Shown here: positions 56,801 to 64,000 of the stretch, in pieces
Numbering within the stretch: position 1 is the stretch's first letter
How the letters are laid out: the number at the start of each line of letters is the position of its first letter
IMG/VR virus record: IMGVR_UViG_3300025608_000013
Location: 27,984 to 91,983 of that record
Strand: one strand, 5' to 3'
Source of the DNA: a virus
Lineage: Duplodnaviria; Caudoviricetes
DNA length: 64,000 bases
Made by a program: the position numbers and the translations under genes
The notes under the pieces: model-generated
The model's database searches: none
The model's input: the letters and a program-made list of their open reading frames with translations, nothing else
Told to the model about the DNA's origin: nothing

Positions 56801-59800
56801 AATGTGGAACAAGTATATTCCAAAACTTATTCAAGACGATACATACCAATCAGGTACTGCGCAAGAAGATGTTGCATACAAAGTATACGGTAATCTTGAT
56901 ACAGCAGTAGATGCAAAACTAGCACCACAAACAGGATATTTTTATCCTTTATATACAACTGAAGCAGCAGCAAGCGCAGCTGACTCTCAAGGTGAAGTTA
57001 CAGCACTAATGTTTGATGGTTCACCGACAATACTGTTTGCTCCAACTAACTCTTTAGAAAAAGTTGCACAGGATAATACGTCAATTGATATGTATCCCGA
57101 GTTTGTTCCTATGATACAAGGGCACGACGGAAGTCTTACACGAGCATACCAAGACTTTAGAGATGATTTAATTTTAGATCTAGAATTAAGAATCTACAAC
57201 AATATTAAAATTGAATACAATCCAGATGTATTTGATGTAAACGATTTTATTAACACTGTTGACAGACCTACTGGATTTGATCGTTTCTCAATTGCACCTA
57301 GTATGATTGTTGACTTTAATGACTGGTTAACAACAGTTGGTAGTGTTGACTACACTCAAAATGCAGGGTATGACGGATTAAACTCGTTTACTTGGAACTA
57401 TTACACAGGAGCATTTCCAAATGGTCAAGCTATTCCGGGTTATTGGAGAGCAATCTACAAAGACTATTACGGAACTGATCGTCCTCACACAATGCCTTGG
57501 GAATGCCTAGGCTTTACGGTTAAACCTGCATGGTGGGACGATGAATACGGATCTGCTCCATACACCAAAGATAATTTTAGAATTTGGGAAGATATTCAAA
57601 ACGGATACATTCGTGATCCTAACAACCCTAGATACGATAACAAGTACAAGCACACTGATCTAATGAATTATATTCCTGTAGATTCAGAAGGTAAATTATT
57701 ATCACCAGATGAATCAAGTGTTGCACAAAAGTTTTTGACCACAACACAAAAAGACAGCATGCGTTTCGGAGACGAAGGTCCTATTGAAACAGCATGGAGA
57801 AGAAGCAGTGAACATGCATTTTCTGTAATTGTTGCATGGTTAGTAAATCAACCTGCAAAAGTATTTGGACTTGCATACGACAGAAGCAGAATTATAAGAA
57901 ATAGTGCAGACGAACTAGTTTACTCAACTACTAACAAACGCTTGTCCCTAAATGATGTTGTTTTCCCTGCAATTACCACAGGTGAAGGCAGAGTATACAC
58001 AGCAGGTCTTGTAAACTATATGCAAGGACTGCTAACAGACAACACTGGGTTGATGTACGAACAGTACAAAAACACATTAACTAGTTTGTCTAATCAACTA
58101 GGATTTAAACTAGCAGGGTTTGGTGCAAAAGAAAAACTACGCCTAATATTAGACAGTAGAACGCCACTAAATGAAGGCAACATTTTTGTTCCAGATGAAA
58201 ACTATCAAATTATACTAAACACAAGTACACCGATTGACTTGTATTCTTATAGTGGTGTAATTATTGAAAAACAAGCACAAGGCTTTATCGTAAAAGGGTA
58301 TGACAAAACATCGCCTGAATTTAAAATATACAAGCCAGTTGAGTTTAATAACGATCCTCTAGTAAGGGTTGGAGGAGTAACAGAATCGTTTTTAGATTGG
58401 GACGAAAACAAACGTTATGCACAAGGACAACTTGTAAGATTCAACAACGAATTTTATAGAGTAAAAACAACCCATAGCAGCTCTACCGAATTTAACACAG
58501 ACAATTTCCAAAAAATGCCTGAACTTCCTCTAGTAGGCGGCGCCACTGCACAATTCCGTAAAAACTTTGCTACTACAATATCAACTGTTCCTTACGGTAC
58601 AACCTACAGAAGCATACAAGAAGTAGTTGACTTTTTAATAGGTTATGGAAAGTATTTAGAAAGTATAGGGTTTGTATTTGATAACTTCAATAAAGATCTA
58701 GAAAATATCGAAAACTGGGCATTGAGCGCAAGAGAGTTCATGTTCTGGACACTACAAAACTGGAAGGCAGGAACAGTTATTAGTTTAAGCCCTGCTGCTA
58801 ACTTCTTAAAGTTTGAAAAGGACTATGCAGTAGTTGACGATATATTTGATAACTTCTTTGACTACAGCTTATTAAAAGCAGACGGCAAGAAACTGGTTAC
58901 TGAGTTTGGTAATACAGTACGCGATAAAACAAATTCTTTTGGACTTAAAGTTCGTAATACAACAGAAGGCATTTATCATGTTAAGATTCCTGTTGTACAA
59001 AGAGAACATGTTGTTGTAATTGACAATCAAACAGTGTTTGGTGATGTAATTTATGACAAGGCTAGCGGATACCGTCAAGAAAGAATTCGTGCTCTTGGCT
59101 ATCGTTCAGATGACTGGAATGGCGGATTAAACATTCCTGGATTTATATATGATGAAGCACAGGTAACAGCGTGGCAACCTTGGCAAGCATATACAATCGG
59201 TGACTTAGTTAAGTATAAGCAATTCTTTTATGCTGCTAATCAGTCAATTACAGGTACAGAAACATTCATTGACGAACAATGGAATAGACTAAGTTCTAAG
59301 CCAGAAAGTCAACTGTTGGCAAACTTTGATTACAAAGCTAACCAGTTTACAGATTTCTATAGCCTAGAAACTAATAACTTTGATACTGAACAACAAAAAC
59401 TTGCACAACACTTTATTGGCTATCAAGCAAGAAAATATTTAGAAAATATTATTCCTGACAGCACAAGTCAATACAAGTTCTATCAAGGTTTTATTCGTGA
59501 CAAAGGAACACAAAATGCACTTACTAAATTGTTTGACAAACTAGGTAGTGCAAGCAAAGACAGTTTAGAGTTCTACGAAGAATGGGCTATTAGACTAGGA
59601 CAATATGGTGCTAACAGTGGCTTTGATGAGTTTGAAGTAATTATTCCAGAAGAAGATTACAGACTAAGTCCTCAGCCTGTAGAACTAGTAGAGCGAGTAG
59701 ATCCTAATGATGTCAGTTTGGTATTAAATCTAACACGAAATGATGTATACTTAAAAACTAAAAATTACGATCATAAACCTTTCCCTACAACATACTTTAC

Positions 59801-62800
59801 TGAAGGGTTCTTGCAAACTGCTGGATACGTTGACCGAGATGACGTAGAACATGCAGTTGACAAATTTACTGATATTCTTAACTTAGATATTTCTACTACT
59901 GTTGCCAACGATTATATTTGGGTAGCATCAGAAGGAAGATCTTGGAACGTATACAAAGTGCTTGATACAAATGTGCGTGTAGTTAACATAGAGCAAGTAC
60001 TAGAAGGATTAGCACTACAAGTTGATATTAATCCTAATGTAACTGCTGGCGATTATATTGGTTTAAGAAATGCAAATAAACAAGACGGCTATTACAAGGT
60101 ACTATCGTTTGTAAATGATATTATTACTATCGAAGCTAGTGGCGGAAATCAAGAAGATATTAGTGCAACACTTGTTAAACTGGCTACAGTTAGACTAAGC
60201 TCAGTTGACGAAGTTAACAACAAAATTAACGAAGTGTCTCTACAAAACAAAGATAAACTTTGGATTGATGATATTGGTAATAATCGTTGGGTTACACTAG
60301 AAAATAACGATGTTTACAGTGTTACTAATACACTAACAAACTCAGAAGGTCCTGATCTATTTGGTACTAGCGTTGATGTTACATCAAATAACCAAGTGTT
60401 AGTAGTAGGACAGCCCGGAGAAATAAGTCAAAGTCCAGACGAGATTGGCTCACTTAACATCTTTACTCGTGCTAACGAAGTAAGTAACTTTACTTTATCG
60501 CAAAAGTTTGAAGAAACTGGCACGTTGTTTGATTTTGAAAGTCGCTTTGGCGAAGGTGTTGCAGTATCACCGGACGGCGAGTATATCATTGTCGGTGCAC
60601 CTTATGCTACAAACGTTAGATCTAGTTATAAAGGCAACTGGGACGATCTAAAAGATGTTGGCGTACCTCAAGGTAGTGTTGTAAATTATAAAGGACAGTT
60701 ATGGCAGGCAAATAAGTCAATTGAACCACAAGAAATTACAACACTTAATACTTTTGACTCAAATGTATTTGTTAAAGAAGACTTATATACTGGAACAAAT
60801 TATCCAGATGTAGAATACATTGTACGCGGCAACTATAGTTTTGAGCAAGACGCTACTGATCACTTATTGATTAGAGCTAATAGTTCTCAGTTCGAGTCAA
60901 CTAAAATAGGTGACAAACTAGTACTAGAATGGAATGAGTATACATGGCTACAACCAAACGGTTACTTGCCATTCCAGTCACACAGTGTTATAACTAAAAA
61001 CTTTATCGACGGCGAACATGAAATTATCGCTAAAGTTGAAGATGTACTTAGAGTTGATAGTACGCAATCTATTCCTGAAGTTGACGATATAGTAACAACA
61101 GTTACTGGCCGTGCAACAGTTGTGTACAGATATACAACTGACGACAACAGAACAATTATCTATGTCAACAATATTAACGGTTCAATTGACGAAACAGGTG
61201 AAATCTTTAATGCAAACGGCAATGTATTAATTGGCGAATACGAGCGTGTATTCCCTAGAAACGAAAAGTACAACGATTTTGAAAACTTCTGGTATATTAA
61301 TGTCGGAACTTCATTTAATAGCAACGTTGTAGCAGAAACTAATGCAAATCTTGTAGTACGCTATATTGCAAAATCTGAAGAAGTTACATATACTACATTA
61401 CCGTATTATAACATTTATAATAATGTACAAAACGATACTGATGACAATGTAACAGAAATTAGTTATATTGAGTCTTTGAGTTACATTGAAGGCCAAACTG
61501 AAATTGAGCGTCTAAGCCTTAACTGGATTCTTAGACTACCTGTTGAAAGTACAGATTTTAGTGCAGGCGACAATTTTAAACTTTGGTTTAATACTTTAAG
61601 AACTACACCACTAGGCGAAGTTCAAGACCCAGAAGCAATCGGTCTTCCTTGGGATTACCTAAATAACAATCTACACCAAATTACAGATATTTGGGATGGA
61701 TGGCTCGAAGTTCGCTACACTAACTTTGATACAGTTGGCTCTCCTAACCCAGATGATATTGATTATAATCCAAACTACGGTAATCCTTACATTCCGGAAG
61801 TTGGGGATCCGCTAGTTGATCCAGACGGCGATGCAAGTGCAACGGTTGCATTTGTTATTCGACTGTTTGACAGAGCAAGAATTTTTGTAAGAAACGCAAC
61901 AGACGGCTGGGCGCTAGGTATTAATAACGACGATATTGGTAGAGCATCATTTGCAGAAACAGATAGTACGGTTCGCTTAATCGGTGACATTCTTGATAAT
62001 AAATTAGATAATGATGTTGCTGGCAAACTAGTTGTTATTGAGAAAAATGAAGAAATTCCTGTAGGTCAGTTTAACTTTATTGAGAACTATGAGTATTATG
62101 TCTATGTAACGGAAGCTAAAGCAGGCATTGAGCGAGCAGTAGCTGACCCAGAAACGTTTAACCTAGACTGGAAACAGGTATTTAATATTCCGGTTACTGC
62201 CGGCAGAGACGCAAGCGGCTTAATTTATGAAGGCGCTTATGCAATTTACGAACGTGACGATTCTGATAGATACATTCTAAATGGGTATTATAGTGTTAAT
62301 GATGCTGATAATGGAGCACAACTAGGTACAGACATTAAGATTGTAAAAGATGGCGATGCATATACTGCATTTATACTTGCAGCCGGTGCAAAAAATGCAA
62401 ATGACAGTACAGTTGAGTCTGGTAAAATTTATATAATTAAAAATTCAGGCGACGGTGTTTGGAAACTTGGTATAGATCCTGCATATCGCGGCGAGTTTGA
62501 TAATAGCATACCTTACGCTGAAGAAGATATTGTAGAGTTTAATGGTAAACTCTACAGTGCTAACACAAACTTGGGTGCTAATTCTTGGAATAGTATGTTC
62601 TGGACAGAACTAGAAAACAGAGCAGACATATTAGGATATATTCCAGTAACAGAAACTTTTGGTTTTGATGACAGTGTACTTGGACAACAAGATCTTACAG
62701 CGTTTGGCGAATCTTTTGATGCAAGCCAAGACGGCGGAGTATTAATTACAACAGCAGAATACAATCAACAAGCTCCGCAAGTTCTAGTTTACAGAAAGTT

Positions 62801-64000
62801 AAACGACAGATATGTGTTTAGTCAAGCAATTGAGTCGTTAACATCTGCAGACGAATCCTATGCTGAAAATATATCAATTAGTAATGACGGTAAAACTATT
62901 GCAGTTTCTGCAAGTACCAACGATGATGTAGCAAGTAACAACGGTGCAGTATACATTTATACACAGACAAACGGTGAGTTTGTATTATCACAAACGCTCT
63001 ATGGCAGACTTAGAACTGTCAACACAGGTTTCGGAAAGAAAGTAAATTTTGGTAACGAAACACTTGCTATAGTGTCAAGAGGCACAGGTGCTAGCGGAAC
63101 AGTGTCTATATATGAGCTTATAGGCGACAAATATATCTTTGCAAAAGATTACAATTATGCTATTAATAGCGAATACTTTGATGATCAAGTATTGGTATCA
63201 AACAATCATGTTTATGTAAGTATTCCTAGATTAGATATTGCAGAAGGTACTGGTTCGGTTGTTAACTTTAGAAAAGGCACAACAGCTAGATCGTGGACGT
63301 TCTATAAGCAACCGATTGACCCTGTAGACGTTAGCAAGATTAATGGTGTATTCTTATACGATACTAAAGATCAAGAAATTATTTCTTACTTGGATTATAT
63401 TGATCCTATACAAGGTAAGATTGCTGGACCTGCTGAACAAGAAATATCATTTAAGACTAGTTATGATCCGGCTGTATACTCATTTAAAGATGCAGATTCT
63501 ACACTAAACGTAAACGTAGACGAACTAGCACACACAGCTGAAAAGTTTGTTGGTAAAGTTTGGTGGGACATTGACAGTGCAAAATTTATTAATCCTTATC
63601 AAGGTGATATTGTTACTAGTGTTAACAAGTTTAGTCAACTGTTCGAAAACAACACTATTGAAGTATACGAATGGGTTAAGACTACACTAACACCTAGCGA
63701 ATGGGATGCCAAAGCTGATACTGAAAACGGATTAACCAAAGGCATTAGTGGTACTAGTAAGTACGGTAATAACGCTTACTCTACTAGTAGAGAGTACGAC
63801 AGTGCTAGTGGAACGTTCACAACTTACTATTACTTCTGGGTTGCTAACAAAAAGACTGTGCCTAATCTTCCTACAAGAACTATTAGTGCATTTGAAGTTA
63901 AACAGTTTATACAAAATCCAGAAAATCAAGGACACAAATTTGTTGCTCTATTAGGCAACAACAGATTTGCAATTTATAACTGTGAAAGTTTAATTAGAGG
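53862..64000 (+). CDS. Giant baseplate wedge-like protein (gp7 position), >3379 aa, 3' end outside window; missing from the ORF track
   Basis: ATG at 53862 (GGAGG SD), MSQDENNIPLGK...FLPKYFRT..NEKFL; same frame at the window end; FG-GAP-like repeats such as FGEGVAVSPDGEYIIVGAP. Frame continuity was spot-checked, not verified codon by codon. Confidence 0.8.
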   Translation, partial: MSQDENNIPLGKDANKNRKSSQFLPKYFRTVANEKFLSSTLDQLINPGVVEKIDGYFGRKDSKAFKNLDNYITDVSAERENYQFEPAVVHRDAIGNVDVYSDYIDFINGVKIRNGNVADHSLLNTQEYYAWEPHIDWDKFVNFREYYWMPNGPDSIAVIGELRDIESEFRVRPVDNVDNVAYGFREENTVVNETLTLYRGQKYVFDIDTPDMPFSIRFNTVLQDDTLYSVGLSANSVDQGTIKFEVPLTAPDRLFYTNDNDERIHGLIIIRDAEENSSIDVDREILGKSSYTMTNGYALSNGMKVEFRGDVTPEKYAQGAWYVEGVGTSIKLISETDLEITGDYIGDEEIEFDANPFDKLPFDDAKGYSDVKDYIVINRAAPDSNYWSRYNQWTHRSVIETSALVNGTPADIDQNYRATRPIIEYRAGLKLFNFGTSAKQAVDLIDLKTKDVFSTVEGSIGYNVDGVDLVQGMRVLFAADEDILVNGRIFEVKFINHSGPATATQETQIALVEVDDTQPQTNETVFVKDGSTYGGKIFYYNGTQWAVAQEKTDFNQHPRFDLFGVAGNSLSELESSTFAGTKLFSYREGTGADDTELGFPLSYRSIENSGDIIFDFNIQTDTFTFQNLTDVLTATTDSALLRVYNSLTDFETVSPWTKAGQSVQKVTRQYNTVEIRNNFPVDVYENSGDLNDLKIEVYLNNNKLLENTDYEVNRINQKSLVRFENNLTTDDKIVIKTQSSAAKTEKGFYEFPVNLQNNPQNENVTDFTLGQVIDHVNSIVENLEDYAGKYPGVSNLRDLGDISPYGTRFVQHSGSINLPILHFTQKEFDVVKAVRHAKTEYSKFKRAFLQTADGSGFDGTTKQFVDKVLLELTSPKTEKDPFYFSDMVPFGGFEKFTYEVFDTDNNFFPISSQFDLTQLTERAFLVYLNGRQLTHARDYVFNENSFIEILAYSEPGDTVEVFEYESTDGCWIPPTPTKLGMWNKYIPKLIQDDTYQSGTAQEDVAYKVYGNLDTAVDAKLAPQTGYFYPLYTTEAAASAADSQGEVTALMFDGSPTILFAPTNSLEKVAQDNTSIDMYPEFVPMIQGHDGSLTRAYQDFRDDLILDLELRIYNNIKIEYNPDVFDVNDFINTVDRPTGFDRFSIAPSMIVDFNDWLTTVGSVDYTQNAGYDGLNSFTWNYYTGAFPNGQAIPGYWRAIYKDYYGTDRPHTMPWECLGFTVKPAWWDDEYGSAPYTKDNFRIWEDIQNGYIRDPNNPRYDNKYKHTDLMNYIPVDSEGKLLSPDESSVAQKFLTTTQKDSMRFGDEGPIETAWRRSSEHAFSVIVAWLVNQPAKVFGLAYDRSRIIRNSADELVYSTTNKRLSLNDVVFPAITTGEGRVYTAGLVNYMQGLLTDNTGLMYEQYKNTLTSLSNQLGFKLAGFGAKEKLRLILDSRTPLNEGNIFVPDENYQIILNTSTPIDLYSYSGVIIEKQAQGFIVKGYDKTSPEFKIYKPVEFNNDPLVRVGGVTESFLDWDENKRYAQGQLVRFNNEFYRVKTTHSSSTEFNTDNFQKMPELPLVGGATAQFRKNFATTISTVPYGTTYRSIQEVVDFLIGYGKYLESIGFVFDNFNKDLENIENWALSAREFMFWTLQNWKAGTVISLSPAANFLKFEKDYAVVDDIFDNFFDYSLLKADGKKLVTEFGNTVRDKTNSFGLKVRNTTEGIYHVKIPVVQREHVVVIDNQTVFGDVIYDKASGYRQERIRALGYRSDDWNGGLNIPGFIYDEAQVTAWQPWQAYTIGDLVKYKQFFYAANQSITGTETFIDEQWNRLSSKPESQLLANFDYKANQFTDFYSLETNNFDTEQQKLAQHFIGYQARKYLENIIPDSTSQYKFYQGFIRDKGTQNALTKLFDKLGSASKDSLEFYEEWAIRLGQYGANSGFDEFEVIIPEEDYRLSPQPVELVERVDPNDVSLVLNLTRNDVYLKTKNYDHKPFPTTYFTEGFLQTAGYVDRDDVEHAVDKFTDILNLDISTTVANDYIWVASEGRSWNVYKVLDTNVRVVNIEQVLEGLALQVDINPNVTAGDYIGLRNANKQDGYYKVLSFVNDIITIEASGGNQEDISATLVKLATVRLSSVDEVNNKINEVSLQNKDKLWIDDIGNNRWVTLENNDVYSVTNTLTNSEGPDLFGTSVDVTSNNQVLVVGQPGEISQSPDEIGSLNIFTRANEVSNFTLSQKFEETGTLFDFESRFGEGVAVSPDGEYIIVGAPYATNVRSSYKGNWDDLKDVGVPQGSVVNYKGQLWQANKSIEPQEITTLNTFDSNVFVKEDLYTGTNYPDVEYIVRGNYSFEQDATDHLLIRANSSQFESTKIGDKLVLEWNEYTWLQPNGYLPFQSHSVITKNFIDGEHEIIAKVEDVLRVDSTQSIPEVDDIVTTVTGRATVVYRYTTDDNRTIIYVNNINGSIDETGEIFNANGNVLIGEYERVFPRNEKYNDFENFWYINVGTSFNSNVVAETNANLVVRYIAKSEEVTYTTLPYYNIYNNVQNDTDDNVTEISYIESLSYIEGQTEIERLSLNWILRLPVESTDFSAGDNFKLWFNTLRTTPLGEVQDPEAIGLPWDYLNNNLHQITDIWDGWLEVRYTNFDTVGSPNPDDIDYNPNYGNPYIPEVGDPLVDPDGDASATVAFVIRLFDRARIFVRNATDGWALGINNDDIGRASFAETDSTVRLIGDILDNKLDNDVAGKLVVIEKNEEIPVGQFNFIENYEYYVYVTEAKAGIERAVADPETFNLDWKQVFNIPVTAGRDASGLIYEGAYAIYERDDSDRYILNGYYSVNDADNGAQLGTDIKIVKDGDAYTAFILAAGAKNANDSTVESGKIYIIKNSGDGVWKLGIDPAYRGEFDNSIPYAEEDIVEFNGKLYSANTNLGANSWNSMFWTELENRADILGYIPVTETFGFDDSVLGQQDLTAFGESFDASQDGGVLITTAEYNQQAPQVLVYRKLNDRYVFSQAIESLTSADESYAENISISNDGKTIAVSASTNDDVASNNGAVYIYTQTNGEFVLSQTLYGRLRTVNTGFGKKVNFGNETLAIVSRGTGASGTVSIYELIGDKYIFAKDYNYAINSEYFDDQVLVSNNHVYVSIPRLDIAEGTGSVVNFRKGTTARSWTFYKQPIDPVDVSKINGVFLYDTKDQEIISYLDYIDPIQGKIAGPAEQEISFKTSYDPAVYSFKDADSTLNVNVDELAHTAEKFVGKVWWDIDSAKFINPYQGDIVTSVNKFSQLFENNTIEVYEWVKTTLTPSEWDAKADTENGLTKGISGTSKYGNNAYSTSREYDSASGTFTTYYYFWVANKKTVPNLPTRTISAFEVKQFIQNPENQGHKFVALLGNNRFAIYNCESLIR

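Noticed and set aside
1-64000. Stop-codon reassignment, or inteins/introns in core genes
   Set aside because: Genes are full length in the standard code with TAA, TGA and TAG all used as stops; gp20, gp21, gp23, gp46 and gp47 show no intein motifs or breaks.

Overview
This 64 kb window is the virion-morphogenesis region of a large T4-like (gp55-dependent) myovirus in the standard genetic code. The minus strand carries a roughly 25 kb fibre/adhesin module (three Cys/Gly-rich paralogs, four beta-helix fibre paralogs, small adaptor-like paralogs, a Tfa-like chaperone), the head module (portal gp20, protease gp21, scaffold gp22, capsid gp23), a probable tape measure, a stand-alone GIY-YIG protein, gp46/gp47 and the late sigma gp55. 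The plus strand carries a gp26-like chaperone and the baseplate operon (tube initiator, gp53, hub, gp5 with a GH19 domain, CHAP peptidase, gp25, gp6, and a >3300 aa wedge protein that runs off the window). Signals the ORF track does not explain: (1) a roughly 500 nt ORF-free, multi-stem region directly after the GIY-YIG gene, a candidate large ncRNA or origin; (2) a complete -1 frameshift cassette at the end of the gp26-like gene; (3) three glycosyltransferase-like genes among the structural genes, with recurrent D-S/T motifs in virion proteins; (4) structured late leaders, an SD-sequestering hairpin with a promoter in its loop, leaderless late genes and a palindromic operator-like motif. All assignments come from reading motifs by eye; no searches or folding were run.
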